A stretch of DNA of 64,000 nucleotides, taken from IMG/VR virus record IMGVR_UViG_3300017766_003987, positions 43,267-107,266 of that record; one strand, given 5' to 3'. The notes beneath the pieces were generated by a model. The model had not been told where the DNA came from and ran no database searches. It worked only from the letters and a program-made list of their open reading frames with translations. This DNA is from a virus. Shown piece by piece: positions 36,038 to 46,758 of the stretch; the first letter of the stretch is position 1; every line of letters starts with the position of its first letter. Both the position numbers and the translations under genes were made by a program.

Positions 36038-37522
36038 CTAGTGGAATGAGGCCGCAAACCATCTAAGGCCAGTCGCACGAGTAGATGTTCCAGTGGAACT
36101 AGCAGTATTGGTTTCGGCTCGGACAAGTTTAGTGGTTCCATCGGTTTTTGAATTAGCACACCAGTAAGCAAGAGAAATACCTTCTGGAAAATCCATATTC
36201 TGAAATCCTTGCACGATATTAGTTAGGCCTGAAAAATCTCGATCCATAGCAAAACCAATCGCCCAACCGTCAGCTACAGTAACCAGTGAGGAGCCGACTG
36301 TGGTTCCGTAAACGGTCTGTGAGCTAATTGTTGCATCGGGAACCGTCGGAGCGACTAAGTTGTAGCCTGCCCAGAGTGCAATTGCAATGCTACTGTAACC
36401 TGAGTTACTGGTAGAAACAACTACCGTTACGCTTGTTCCTGTCGGAACAGCAGCCACCCAAATTCCCCCGTCTACTTCAGGTGCTGAGCGATTAGCTGTG
36501 ACCAAAGGCGTTGCGGTTACACCTCCTATAGTGACACCTGTAATTGTAGTTGAACCTGAGCCTAAATTGTTAGTTGCACCAACTGCTGCGTAAATATATC
36601 GAGTAGGATGCTCGAGTAGAACGTCAAACACACGGCTGGTCGTAGCACCGTCTGTGTCCATTCCGAGATAGAGTATTACTTTGTTGTCAGTAACACTGTT
36701 TACAGGAGTGTTCAAAGTAGCTACAGGAATGATTCTCAAATCAAGTGAATAAACTGAGCTGTAATCGGTAGTATCAGTCAAACTACAAGCATTAGACTGC
36801 CCTCGTTGCATATCGGCACCCGTGCCGGGCGTAAAACTCGGGCCTTTAGTATCAAGCTGCGCAACAATATGCCCGTAGGCTCCTGCTGTTCCGCCGTAAG
36901 TCCATCCTGAGTTAGTTGGATCATTACCACCTCGCCAATAGGTGTAGAGCGTAGTAATCACACTTTGACGACGCTCAAGCACAATGTCTCGAGACCCGTC
37001 GCCATTATACACGGGATCTCCGCTTGCGTCGGTTCTCAAGCGAACGTCGATCTGACGGCTCAGGGGCCACAAAAACTCTAAGGGTAGAGATCCTCCTGCA
37101 CATACTGTCCAATCACCGGATGAAGGCAAAACCGGGATTGTATTGCCATTGATCTGACTAGGGTTAGTAGTCCTCGTTACTTTCGCTAGTACGTATAGAG
37201 AATCGACTCCCGAAGGTACCGTTCCTAGTACGCTTTCCGCAAGCGTTCGCCCAGAATCAGGATTAGATACGCTCGGACCCCACTCTTGAGGGCCAAGCGT
37301 TAGAAAACTCATACAGCTACGGTAGAGGTCAGCGCCAATAGTGCCTCTAGCGTAAGCGTATGAGTCACCTTTCATTAAATCCGGAAAAGTAACAGTTGTC
37401 GATACAATGATTTCTTCGCCTGAAGGGGCGAGCTGAAGCGGTGCCAAGTCGCTGTCAAAAACAACAACGCTGTCCTCTAAGAACCGCATTCTATCAGGGA
37501 GAGTCTCAAATTTAACAGTCAT
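36038..37522 (-). CDS. tail / receptor-binding protein
   Basis: Thr/Ser/Gly-rich; C-terminal domain resembles that of 32214-33929. Confidence 0.6.
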   Translation of the reverse strand: MTVKFETLPDRMRFLEDSVVVFDSDLAPLQLAPSGEEIIVSTTVTFPDLMKGDSYAYARGTIGADLYRSCMSFLTLGPQEWGPSVSNPDSGRTLAESVLGTVPSGVDSLYVLAKVTRTTNPSQINGNTIPVLPSSGDWTVCAGGSLPLEFLWPLSRQIDVRLRTDASGDPVYNGDGSRDIVLERRQSVITTLYTYWRGGNDPTNSGWTYGGTAGAYGHIVAQLDTKGPSFTPGTGADMQRGQSNACSLTDTTDYSSVYSLDLRIIPVATLNTPVNSVTDNKVILYLGMDTDGATTSRVFDVLLEHPTRYIYAAVGATNNLGSGSTTITGVTIGGVTATPLVTANRSAPEVDGGIWVAAVPTGTSVTVVVSTSNSGYSSIAIALWAGYNLVAPTVPDATISSQTVYGTTVGSSLVTVADGWAIGFAMDRDFSGLTNIVQGFQNMDFPEGISLAYWCANSKTDGTTKLVRAETNTASSTGTSTRATGLRWFAASFH

Positions 37523-38298
37523 GTGAAAGACACAGGCATGTAGTCCATATTATTCAAAACTCCCGCATATCGTCCTGTATCACCTCGAGTTCCATCAGGT
37601 CTAAGAAAACGGAAGTTGCCGTTACGTGTATCCGAAGTTCGCGTAAGGGGAAAGTTAAGCACAGGCGAATCCCCAGGTTCAGCTTTTCGTACCACGCTTT
37701 GCCCCGCTTGGATCTTTCCTTGTCCCAGAATAAGTTTTTCAGGAGCACCAGTTTTAACTTGAAATACAGGCAGAACAGGATCAGCCGCCGGATCCTTGAA
37801 GATATAAACATCGTATTGCAGAGTTACGGCAGGGAGATCAAGCTCACTAGAGATACCGATGTCCCTAATTATGATTTTAGAGGTAGTGGCAAAAGCTGAC
37901 ACAGTTCTAAGTTGACTGCTGCCAAATTGAACTGGAACTCCACCTGATAAAATCATTCCGTTGTAAAGAACAAAAAACAAAGGAATGTAACCTAAGCTGT
38001 GAGTATAAAGATCAAGATTGGAAGCAGTAATTCTTCCATCAGCAATCGCTGGCGAAGTGCCCGTGCTGCCGCTTCCTGCTGAAGTTGAATAACCCGTTCC
38101 AATTTGACCAGCAACTAATGCATGGTTAATGCTTATGTTTGTCGAGATAAGATTATTAGCAAGATATTGTAAGTCGCTATGAAAACGAATATACTCGAGA
38201 TGGTCATACGGGTTATCAAATGGGGCCATCGGATCGCCGCTGGGAGGTTTCTCCCAAATAGCAACCGTGCCTCCCTTTGCTCTAAAGCACATAACCAT
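37519..38298 (-). CDS. minor tail protein
   Basis: Follows the tail-tip gene; PFDNP...FHSDLQY. Confidence 0.6.
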   Translation of the reverse strand: MVMCFRAKGGTVAIWEKPPSGDPMAPFDNPYDHLEYIRFHSDLQYLANNLISTNISINHALVAGQIGTGYSTSAGSGSTGTSPAIADGRITASNLDLYTHSLGYIPLFFVLYNGMILSGGVPVQFGSSQLRTVSAFATTSKIIIRDIGISSELDLPAVTLQYDVYIFKDPAADPVLPVFQVKTGAPEKLILGQGKIQAGQSVVRKAEPGDSPVLNFPLTRTSDTRNGNFRFLRPDGTRGDTGRYAGVLNNMDYMPVSFT

Positions 38299-38300
38299 CT

Positions 38301-40769
38301 TTAAGATTCCATGTAGATTTCGGGATTATCAAAATCGATGATAAAAGACGTCCCGTCAGCGGAGGTAATACGACCCGCCCGAGCGCCCACAAATTTAAGT
38401 TCACCGCCCTCAACCACAAAAGCCGGATGATCTGTCGTTCCATCAGTTACAATAAACTGATCAGCAGCAACAACGACACGAGTGGGATCAAGGGGATTTG
38501 CCGGCACATCGAGAAAGAACGAAGCAGACCGAATATCACCATCGTTCACCTCGGCTGTAACCGCATATCGTGCGGAGAAGCCGCTAGGCGCCGCAATGGA
38601 TTGCCAGCGAACGTTAACCTGCGAAGTACTTCCGCCCATCGCTGCATAAAGCGAGCTCAGCGCTGTTGCGATAGCGCCGCCTGGCCCAAGAGCAACTTCA
38701 ATGACTTCGGTGAACGATGCTTCTACGTCACCCAGCCGAACCCCGATCTCACGACTAAGAACCTCTCGCTCGGTATAATTCTCGCGATCAACTTGCTCAA
38801 TTATCGTACCAAGCTGGTGAAAGCTATCAATAGCATTACGCACGCCCGCTCTGATCCAATCTAACTGCTGCGAGATCTCAGCAGCAATCGCATCGAGCTC
38901 AATATCAATGTCTTTCGCACCAAGCAGGATGTTAGGCGTCGTAACCCCCAACCACGGACCAAGCGTACCGTCGTCATCTTCATTCGACCACAGGGTAGCC
39001 CGACTAGAATAAGGCACAAAGATGCCGCGAACTTCGTAGTTAACATTAGGCGCAAGGAAGTCGCCGATGATTGGATTAGTGATCAGAGGATCAGTAATTG
39101 TAGTGTCATAAGGCACTTCCCCATCGAAGACCAGCGACGTTTGCCCTGCTACACGCACTTGCACACGGACTGCCCGTACGTCGTCAAGTTCCGCGGCGTA
39201 TGATAGCAAAATGCCGGGGCGACGTGCATCCCCGTCCTCATCAAGCAGAGTATAAGGCGCAACAGACCATCCAACAATAGGCTGAGCGTTCGGCCGATTG
39301 ATTGTAATAGGAACAGTCTCATACTCAATCTCGTCTGTAGGCGACCAATCATAATCAGTCGGATCGATCTCTTGCGAACCGATGATTTGGTTAGCATTCG
39401 GAGCATCGTCAATGACAGTTATTAAGAACTGTTTATCGGTATAGCCGTTTCGCGTCGAATCCCAAGCAAATGTGTCTAGGGGTTCATACTCCCACCAATC
39501 CGCTTTACCCGTGAACGAGTGCTTACGAAACCGACGCGTCTCGAGCAGCGACATTTCCATATTACGTTGAACTTGTCGAGCGAATGGCACGGCTTTGTAC
39601 TGCGTATCGAAGGGCAAACGATTACCGTTATCTTCAAGCTCAAGCGCAGCGTCATAACGCGAAGGCGCCTCTTTCATGTTCCAGCCTTCATCCGGTTCTG
39701 GATAAGTAGCTGTCACACCGTTGAAAGTGTCTTCAAGCCCCGGAAACGGTTCATAAGTTTGGCTTTCGCTAATCAAGATTTCTTCATCTGTGATCGAACG
39801 AACCGGGGAGTCGGGCTCGCCGACCAATACTTTGTAGAAGCCCCCGATGACCGCAATGCGACCTTCGCAAGCCTTGAGCAGTTCACCGATAACCGCCTGA
39901 GGCTCATCGCTCACGAGAACTTCATAACCAAAACGGAAACGCTTCTCGGTGCCGCCTTCAGACAGGTCAATGGGTGCATCGCATTTATCCATCTGCGCTG
40001 CCCAATTTGCATAAGGCAGCTGCGATTGAGTTGTGTTCTGCGGCCCGTAGAACCAATCCCCGTCGTAGTACAACCCGAGCAACAGGTTGTAAACACCAAC
40101 AATCGGATTGTCGCTGTATTCCCATGTTGCAGGGTCATTCAGACGATGACTACCCGATCCACCTGCGGTCGTGTCCTTACGAACGTCGTAAAGCTTGATC
40201 CCCTGAAGCTCGAAATTGAACTCAGGGAGCCCAGAGAACAGCTCGCGATTAACTCGTGCGGTCGCAATCGCGTAAGAGGTTCCCTTACCGATCATTGAAG
40301 AATCCCAAGGGCGGTCTGTGCCCGAGGTAAACTTCTCCAACAAATAATCATCGGCAACGGTCTGCGTACCGTCGTAAAATTTGATCCAAAGATAATCTTT
40401 TCCCTTCTTTTTGTACTCGATTACCGGATACCCGTAGAGCGAGTGCGGGGTCGGCCCCAGCGTCACGCGCTCGTCGTTAACAAACACCCCAGTATTGGCC
40501 GATACAGGAAGATCAGAAAGACTAATTACGATTGTATAGAAAGAATTTGGTGTCTCATCAATGGTTCCCCAGGTTCCTGCGTACTCGAATTGACCCGGAG
40601 TGGCAAAAAATCCCATAATAAAAGCTAACGGGTTATCGCCTCCCTTCTGAATAGTACCCTTAATGCCTGATTGCTGCTCTTTTTGATCTTGCGCAAAAAT
40701 CAGCTGAACCACCGTAGCAGCCAGATTGAGCGCAATTCCGATAAGCAGATTGACTAAAAAAGGGGGCAT
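38301..40769 (-). CDS. tail tip / central tail hub protein
   Basis: 822 aa; GIKLYDVRKD..WEYSDNP motif of J-like tail proteins. Confidence 0.8.
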   Translation of the reverse strand: MPPFLVNLLIGIALNLAATVVQLIFAQDQKEQQSGIKGTIQKGGDNPLAFIMGFFATPGQFEYAGTWGTIDETPNSFYTIVISLSDLPVSANTGVFVNDERVTLGPTPHSLYGYPVIEYKKKGKDYLWIKFYDGTQTVADDYLLEKFTSGTDRPWDSSMIGKGTSYAIATARVNRELFSGLPEFNFELQGIKLYDVRKDTTAGGSGSHRLNDPATWEYSDNPIVGVYNLLLGLYYDGDWFYGPQNTTQSQLPYANWAAQMDKCDAPIDLSEGGTEKRFRFGYEVLVSDEPQAVIGELLKACEGRIAVIGGFYKVLVGEPDSPVRSITDEEILISESQTYEPFPGLEDTFNGVTATYPEPDEGWNMKEAPSRYDAALELEDNGNRLPFDTQYKAVPFARQVQRNMEMSLLETRRFRKHSFTGKADWWEYEPLDTFAWDSTRNGYTDKQFLITVIDDAPNANQIIGSQEIDPTDYDWSPTDEIEYETVPITINRPNAQPIVGWSVAPYTLLDEDGDARRPGILLSYAAELDDVRAVRVQVRVAGQTSLVFDGEVPYDTTITDPLITNPIIGDFLAPNVNYEVRGIFVPYSSRATLWSNEDDDGTLGPWLGVTTPNILLGAKDIDIELDAIAAEISQQLDWIRAGVRNAIDSFHQLGTIIEQVDRENYTEREVLSREIGVRLGDVEASFTEVIEVALGPGGAIATALSSLYAAMGGSTSQVNVRWQSIAAPSGFSARYAVTAEVNDGDIRSASFFLDVPANPLDPTRVVVAADQFIVTDGTTDHPAFVVEGGELKFVGARAGRITSADGTSFIIDFDNPEIYMES

Positions 40770-40779
40770 CTACTTATCC

Positions 40780-41439
40780 TTACTTCTTATTGCTGCTGCT
40801 ACCGCTGTCGCTAGTCGTCTTGGCACTCTTCTCACCCCAGAAGATTTCCCAATCGCCAGCAACTGTGCTGTATCGCCGAAAGTTATCGGTGCGAAGCTTT
40901 TGTGTTTCGTGGCTACGTTTAGCAGGATTCGTGCGCGTCAATTCTCGAGTGTGAGACGTAATGCGAAGGGTGATCGAGCCTCCCCCATTATAAGCGGGCG
41001 TCTCGATAGGTGCTCCATTAACGATCCCGAGGAATCGGCATCTAGGAGGTGCAACCGGTTGCATCGATTCTGGATCTAGGTACATGCGATGAATTTGTGC
41101 TTGTACGTTTCGAATGTTATTCGAACGAACCATTGCCTGCGCTTGGGAATGAATTTGTGACAAGATGACTTGAACAGTCGGGATGTCAATGTTCATCTGC
41201 AAAGGAACAGGATCAATTGAGATCAGAGGTCCACTGTCGCCGTAAAAGGTTCTACTGACTTCGGTCTGGGTCCGACCGTCGATGATATTTACGGTAATAT
41301 CTTCTCCAAAATCGGTAAAGCCAAAACGAACAACATCCCCGCCAGGATCAATCGCATCGACCAAAACAGTGTTGCGAATAATGATCTTTCCCGGATCACG
41401 GATCGCAGTCTGCGTGTCAACGTCAAGAACGCGAACCAT
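40780..41439 (-). CDS. DUF2163-like tail hub protein
   Basis: Position, and RELTRTNPAKRS..Q..D.F.RY..W motif. Confidence 0.65.
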   Translation of the reverse strand: MVRVLDVDTQTAIRDPGKIIIRNTVLVDAIDPGGDVVRFGFTDFGEDITVNIIDGRTQTEVSRTFYGDSGPLISIDPVPLQMNIDIPTVQVILSQIHSQAQAMVRSNNIRNVQAQIHRMYLDPESMQPVAPPRCRFLGIVNGAPIETPAYNGGGSITLRITSHTRELTRTNPAKRSHETQKLRTDNFRRYSTVAGDWEIFWGEKSAKTTSDSGSSSNKK

Positions 41440-42102
41440 TTAACCCGCCTGTAGAGTTTGCCGAACTGAGAAGGTAATCTGCTCTTTATTGTAACGAACT
41501 TGCTTTTTGTCGAGCGTTCCGGGCATCAGCTTAACTTTAGCAGCTGGACGTGCAAATGAGACAACATCGTCAACAATCGCACTTGCTGAAATATGAGGGC
41601 GAAACTCGAGCGATCCCGTCGTTCCAAGCGCGCTGACAGTTGCGCCCTCACGCAAGCGGAATAGCCCCCTGCGCGCACCCCCGCCGCCGTATTCGACATG
41701 AAACATGTCGCCCGGGCTCAACACATAGCCAATGGGCAGGCCCTTGAACGAGATTTGCTTTTTGTTCGCGTTAATTGCACCAATTTGAGGCGTCGAACTG
41801 CCATAAAGAGTGCCACCTGGATCCATTGCAGGCCACCAACCAAGCGGATTTGCAAGGTAGAATGTCTCAAGTGCACCATCCAATGCCTCGAGTTGAGCCA
41901 TGAGAGCGCGAGCTTCCGTCACCAGTTGCGGTTTAAGAGTAACGACACCTGTCCACAGGGGGCGAGCCAGATCAGCGGCTAGCGTTTCACCGTTGCCGGA
42001 AATCGAAATCTCTTGAAACTGCTCAAGAGTCCAATCAACGTTGAGAATAGGCAGAAGTTGACCGAGGTTGGCAAAAGGTACCGGGTAGGTGAGCAGTGCC
42101 AT
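41440..42102 (-). CDS. distal tail protein
   Basis: Directly after the tape measure gene; LAPPLW-like and GYVLSPGD motifs. Confidence 0.65.
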   Translation of the reverse strand: MALLTYPVPFANLGQLLPILNVDWTLEQFQEISISGNGETLAADLARPLWTGVVTLKPQLVTEARALMAQLEALDGALETFYLANPLGWWPAMDPGGTLYGSSTPQIGAINANKKQISFKGLPIGYVLSPGDMFHVEYGGGGARRGLFRLREGATVSALGTTGSLEFRPHISASAIVDDVVSFARPAAKVKLMPGTLDKKQVRYNKEQITFSVRQTLQAG

Positions 42103-42103
42103 T

Positions 42104-44101
42104 TTAACCCCTTGCCAATGGATCCTTATTGATCTGACCCACTCGTTTAGGAAGTGAGAACCGATCATAATGATCGAGAGCTTGTCGAATTTCTTCCGCG
42201 ACGCCTCGTTGTGCGCCTCGAGCGTCGATATGAAATACATTGCTTCCAGAACCAGAAGCACCCCCGGAACCCCCCTTCGGGAGTTTCGGGATAATCATAC
42301 CATCCATACCCGGCGCAAAATATTCACTATTCGGTGTGTTTTCGTTCACCTTATAGATCTTTCCAGCTTGTACGTCGCCGCCCTGCGCACGACCACCGCC
42401 GAAAATGTTCTTTATGATGTCTTGAAACTGGCCTGTTCCGCTACCAAATGCTTGGTTAAGAAAGAAATTACCCACCTGCGAAAGCACATTAGAGGCGATA
42501 TCGCCGAATTCCTGGAGAGAAATCTTGCCGTCATCGAGCGCGCTAATGATCCCCTGTACCGCCGATTGACCAGCGGAACCCAAGGACTCATAAAGCCCCT
42601 GAAGATACTGAACTGCTTCTTGCTCAGCGTAATTAGCACGAGTGAGTTCTTCAATACGCGCCACTTGATCAGCAGTCGCCGTCGCACCCGCCTTACGAAT
42701 GTTAGCGAGTACCTGTTGATCGACCGTGTTGAGACGCATCGCTGCGCCCTCAGCTTCAAGGTCTGCAATCTGCTCTTTGATATTATTCTGAGCGGTTTCG
42801 AATGCTTTTTCTTCCGCGCTCTTTCCGCTGTTACTTGTCTTGTAGAGGTCATCAAAGATGCTGATCGGCTTGGGCTCAAGACTCTTATAATCGGCATCAC
42901 GAAATAGCTTCTCGTTCGAGCTAAGCGATTTAGCAGGAACAACGGGCACAACGATGGGTTTGGCGTTCGGATCAGTAGGCACCGTCGAAATATCAGGAAC
43001 GGGAAGACCTGTATCTGACTCTATATACCGAACTTTAATTCCGATAGGCTTCTGCCCCGAGAAACCCGCCATCAAATCGTCCCAAGCCTGCTGCGCGCCG
43101 CTGAAGTCGATTGGATCAAAAAATGCAGTTTCGCCAGGATTAATTGTGCTCGGTTTACCTTTTAGGAATTCATCGGTCTGCTTTGCTCCCGCAGCCAAGC
43201 GAGCATAGAAATTATCCATCTCACCTTTGCTATCAGCAAAAGCTTTACCTACCTTCTGAATAAATCCAGCAAGCCCGTCCATTGCAGTACCAAGACCGAT
43301 GCTCAATCCTGTGGCAGTGTCGAATTGACCAGCGGCAACGATCATCACGTTTTTGAGACGTTCGAACCCCTGCCCAATTGTAATTTGTGCGTTGCCGACC
43401 TTTTCCTGGATGTCGCCAGCCCCGATAGCAAAGCCGTCAAAAAACGCCTTAGACGAAATCTTGCCTTCAAGCACAAGGTTACGCAAGGTGGCGACGCTTC
43501 CGCCCGCTTCCTTGATGCCCTTGGCTGCCGCCTGAAGCACAGGGAGCAAACCTTCGTTGACCGAGTTGAATTCTTCCGCTCGCACCGTACCAGTCGAAAG
43601 CGCCTGGCTGAGCTGCAAGAGCGCGCCTTGCGACTCTTCGGCACTTCGACCCGTCACGCGGAGAGCCGCGGCAACGTTGTCGGTGAACTTGAGCAAATCC
43701 TCGCTCGAGGCGCCTAGCGCACTTTGCACCTGCGAGACTCGACCATACAACGTAGCGAGAGCTTCGAACGGGGCGCCGTTCTTCTGTGCGCTTGCAAAGA
43801 GGCGGTCATAGACCTGCGTAAGCTGGGTGCCCTGAAGACCCGCGATCTTGAGCGCGTTAGTGATACGGATGTTGGCATCGATGAACTGCTTAGCAGCATT
43901 CGCCGCGTAGCCGGTCGCAAAGAACGCAAAAGCTTTTTGCAAGCCTGCGCCGACGTTCGTGCCCATTTGGCTGACACGCTTCTCAATACGCCGCATTGAG
44001 GTGTTCGTCTGCCCGTTAGCACGGGCGAGTGCACGCTCGTATTTGACGGTAGAAGCCTCAAGTGAGACGATCAGACGTTCCAGCTCAGTAGTGCCAGCCA
44101 T
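42104..44101 (-). CDS. tape measure protein
   Basis: LLQLSQAL..G.VRAEEFNSVNE tape-measure domain; C-terminal GGRAQGG.V. Confidence 0.9.
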   Translation of the reverse strand: MAGTTELERLIVSLEASTVKYERALARANGQTNTSMRRIEKRVSQMGTNVGAGLQKAFAFFATGYAANAAKQFIDANIRITNALKIAGLQGTQLTQVYDRLFASAQKNGAPFEALATLYGRVSQVQSALGASSEDLLKFTDNVAAALRVTGRSAEESQGALLQLSQALSTGTVRAEEFNSVNEGLLPVLQAAAKGIKEAGGSVATLRNLVLEGKISSKAFFDGFAIGAGDIQEKVGNAQITIGQGFERLKNVMIVAAGQFDTATGLSIGLGTAMDGLAGFIQKVGKAFADSKGEMDNFYARLAAGAKQTDEFLKGKPSTINPGETAFFDPIDFSGAQQAWDDLMAGFSGQKPIGIKVRYIESDTGLPVPDISTVPTDPNAKPIVVPVVPAKSLSSNEKLFRDADYKSLEPKPISIFDDLYKTSNSGKSAEEKAFETAQNNIKEQIADLEAEGAAMRLNTVDQQVLANIRKAGATATADQVARIEELTRANYAEQEAVQYLQGLYESLGSAGQSAVQGIISALDDGKISLQEFGDIASNVLSQVGNFFLNQAFGSGTGQFQDIIKNIFGGGRAQGGDVQAGKIYKVNENTPNSEYFAPGMDGMIIPKLPKGGSGGASGSGSNVFHIDARGAQRGVAEEIRQALDHYDRFSLPKRVGQINKDPLARG

Positions 44102-44110
44102 TTAATCGCC

Positions 44111-44449
44111 TCAGTCGAGTGTGAAAGTTACTTCCTTATCAACCACGGGGCCGTTCTCGTCCCAGAGGTAAACAAGGGTTTTGTATAGGGGTTTGCTTTC
44201 TGCGTCTGCATCAAGCCAATCTGACAACTCGCCAAGCTCGGCTTCAGTGAGTTGTTCTTTCCCCTTAGGCGTATTCTGCTCGATGTACGCGTAGAGTACC
44301 GAATAGTACTGCCACATGCTCATCTTGTTAACTTGCTGTGGGGTGAACCCCATTGCGACACCGCCGGCATAAATCGGAGCTATCCGAATCTTACCGTTGG
44401 GGAGAGGTTCTACTCGCTCTCCGGATTCGGTGCCGCTTCGCCTTCCCCC
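44111..44449 (-). CDS. tail assembly chaperone, C-terminal extension reached by -1 frameshift
   Basis: The -1 frame from GGGGGAA is open into MGFTPQQVNKMS. Confidence 0.7.
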   Translation of the reverse strand, partial: GGRRSGTESGERVEPLPNGKIRIAPIYAGGVAMGFTPQQVNKMSMWQYYSVLYAYIEQNTPKGKEQLTEAELGELSDWLDADAESKPLYKTLVYLWDENGPVVDKEVTFTLD

Positions 44450-44769
44450 GGTTTTTCGTCTGGAGCCCCCTGTACTGCGATGCCGAGAATGCCACGAGCG
44501 AACGGAACATTCTCGAGAGGAGGACGACTATGCACGTAAGTTTTCACCAACCTGAATGCTTCGGTAGGTTCAATTCCACCACCGATAAGGCTGAGACGAA
44601 TGACATTCGAGATATCTTCCATCAGCCAAGTGTTGGTGCTTAAACGCCGAAGAATTTCGAAAGGTCCGGCATTGCATTCTTCTTGCAGGGTGATCAGTTC
44701 GCCCCATGCTAGGCGGAAGGTGTAGGTCCCATCCGCCCAGTCAATTGTAAGTTGCGCATCGCGCGACAT
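44410..44769 (-). CDS. tail assembly chaperone (GTA-gp10-like)
   Basis: WADGTYTFRL.WGEL..LQE.C.AGP; lies between tail tube and tape measure genes. Confidence 0.8.
   Translation of the reverse strand: MSRDAQLTIDWADGTYTFRLAWGELITLQEECNAGPFEILRRLSTNTWLMEDISNVIRLSLIGGGIEPTEAFRLVKTYVHSRPPLENVPFARGILGIAVQGAPDEKPGEGEAAPNPESE
44443..44449 (-). other. -1 programmed frameshift site G GGG GAA
   Basis: Slippery heptamer near the chaperone end, in frame with the downstream ORF. Confidence 0.7.
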
Positions 44770-44783
44770 GAAAGAACCTCAGA

Positions 44784-45221
44784 TTATGTCGCGACCGTAC
44801 GGACCATTTCACCGTCGGACTGCATCGAGATTGTAGCCGTCGAGCGACGACCGTTGGGCGAAACGCCTTCCATGGTCTCGACATGCATCTTGCCGGTCCA
44901 GGTAATCGTCTTGGCGGGGAATTCCATTTCGATCTTGACGTTGACGGAATCAATCGATTCCCAAGCGTCGAGCCAGGTTTCGATGGACTGTTCGGCGAGA
45001 ACACCTTCACCCGAAACACTCATGGCGAGCGAGGTAGCATCGCGACCGAGCCAATCGACCTTGTCCGGATCATCACAATCCGGAACCTGAACGTCTTCCA
45101 AGCCCTTGGTGAAAGTCACCGTCTTGGAAGTGAAGCCGCAGGGGGTCGCGTAAACAGTAGGAACAGCGGTCTCGAGTTTGACCCGAACTTTGCCGCCCTT
45201 AATGGTAGTTGCCTGTGTCAT
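44784..45221 (-). CDS. major tail tube protein
   Basis: PCGFTSK..VPDCDDPD..SVSGEGVL..SDGE motifs. Confidence 0.85.
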   Translation of the reverse strand: MTQATTIKGGKVRVKLETAVPTVYATPCGFTSKTVTFTKGLEDVQVPDCDDPDKVDWLGRDATSLAMSVSGEGVLAEQSIETWLDAWESIDSVNVKIEMEFPAKTITWTGKMHVETMEGVSPNGRRSTATISMQSDGEMVRTVAT

Positions 45222-45239
45222 AACAGTCTCCGTATTGCC

Positions 45240-45701
45240 TTACGGCGTTTCAACAGTCGCAGTGAACATGACAACTCCATGTCCGATTGCTGGATTTGGA
45301 TCATCTACAATACGCGTCATTTCCCACTCGAGCGACACCAGCGCATTATTTATAAGCGCCAATTCGGAATTGTGCAACGTCCGTTTAACAACCTTGCAGA
45401 GCTTACGACAAAGAACTGTCGCGAAAGCTTCCTCATCGCCATTCGTCCAAACATCCCATTGCACAGTGATTTCTTCTCCGTCCATGCAATCGTAATCCGC
45501 AGGAATAGAAGTACTTGGGCCAAGCGAGATGTAAGGGTGTGTTACAGTAGGCGCCAATGATCCGTCTGTCTGGGTGGGAACGCGGTCGTAGATTTTCGCT
45601 ACGCCCAAATTTTGCAGCGGTACAGAGGCCCGTAAAAGAGTCATCATCGCAGCAATGAGCTCAATGCTAGCGTCTTCATTGGTGATTGTCGCATTACCCA
45701 T
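45240..45701 (-). CDS. tail terminator (DUF3168-like)
   Basis: IYDRVP..PYISLG..DVW..HGVV motifs. Confidence 0.8.
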   Translation of the reverse strand: MGNATITNEDASIELIAAMMTLLRASVPLQNLGVAKIYDRVPTQTDGSLAPTVTHPYISLGPSTSIPADYDCMDGEEITVQWDVWTNGDEEAFATVLCRKLCKVVKRTLHNSELALINNALVSLEWEMTRIVDDPNPAIGHGVVMFTATVETP

Positions 45702-46174
45702 TAAAGACTCCCTGCTGCAACTCGTTTAGCAGCTTTATTGATCGCCCGAGTAAGGTTACCTTTTGCCTTCTTGCGATTTGCCCGCCAAGACGGATAGAAG
45801 AAAGGCTGCGGACGAGTCCCGGGGTGTTTAGTCCCCGCGAACCAACCTCCGTTAATGTGAGGGGCCGTACCAAACTCAACCCATCGCGCGTAGAATGCTT
45901 TATCATCACCAGCAAAAATCGTAATGCGAAAGTTACCGCGCTTGTTACCGGCTTTGATCGATCCGAGCACCATTCGCGTACCTGGAGGCGCATCCCCCCA
46001 AACCCAACCGATAGAATTATAAAGCTCCATATCTTCAGTTGGAACAAGATTGCGAGCCATGCTGACAACTTGATCTGCAAGTTTTTCCATAATAGGCTTA
46101 ATCGCGGCCTCTACCTTGAGCGGGAGAGTCCGGAGCTTTCGATTTAGTCGATCAAGCCCAATAATGCTTGCCAT
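45701..46174 (-). CDS. HK97 gp10-like tail completion protein
   Basis: FYARWVEFGT..PQPFFYPS motifs. Confidence 0.85.
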   Translation of the reverse strand: MASIIGLDRLNRKLRTLPLKVEAAIKPIMEKLADQVVSMARNLVPTEDMELYNSIGWVWGDAPPGTRMVLGSIKAGNKRGNFRITIFAGDDKAFYARWVEFGTAPHINGGWFAGTKHPGTRPQPFFYPSWRANRKKAKGNLTRAINKAAKRVAAGSL

Positions 46175-46175
46175 C

Positions 46176-46547
46176 TTAAGTCGGCGGTCCTATTGTTGCG
46201 ATGAACTCTAGCCATTGCCGCTTACCATCTGGATCAGTCGGTAGAGAGATCACATTAAGAAAGCGATTACCGCGACTCGGATCTTCTTTCATTGCCCAAG
46301 CGTTAGTGACTTTCACCGCTTCTTCTGACCAGCGCATCGTCACAATATAGGGTTGCACACCTTTGAGGTTGTCAGCGATGACAGATTCAGTCCCGGTACG
46401 TGGCGTAAGGTTGACACGAGCAGAAAAGACCTTGACGAACGCCTGAGTGGGCATACCTGTGTTGCCCCAGCCGTCGGTGCCCGAACCCCGCGTCATGAAG
46501 TCAAAATCGTCTCGCAGTGCTCCCGCATATCGAGTAGCTTTAGGCAT
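46176..46547 (-). CDS. head closure / head-tail adaptor
   Basis: DGWGN motif; position. Confidence 0.7.
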   Translation of the reverse strand: MPKATRYAGALRDDFDFMTRGSGTDGWGNTGMPTQAFVKVFSARVNLTPRTGTESVIADNLKGVQPYIVTMRWSEEAVKVTNAWAMKEDPSRGNRFLNVISLPTDPDGKRQWLEFIATIGPPT

Positions 46548-46758
46548 TCTTTTTCACCTTACTCGCGATCCTGGCTGCAACGCCTGCGTTGGGAATAACT
46601 TCTTGCGTAGGAACAGCAACCCCTTTAGCGATTGCTTTTTCAGCACACTCGAGACGAACCACAGCGACCTGACCCGCTAAATAGGCAATCGTTATGCTCG
46701 GCTTCGGCAGATAGTCGAAGTCTTTGATAAACCTAACTCGGCGAGAGGTCCGTTCCAT
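46540..46758 (-). CDS. small hypothetical head-module protein
   Basis: VRFIKDFDY.P motif; packed ORF. Confidence 0.55.
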   Translation of the reverse strand: MERTSRRVRFIKDFDYLPKPSITIAYLAGQVAVVRLECAEKAIAKGVAVPTQEVIPNAGVAARIASKVKKNA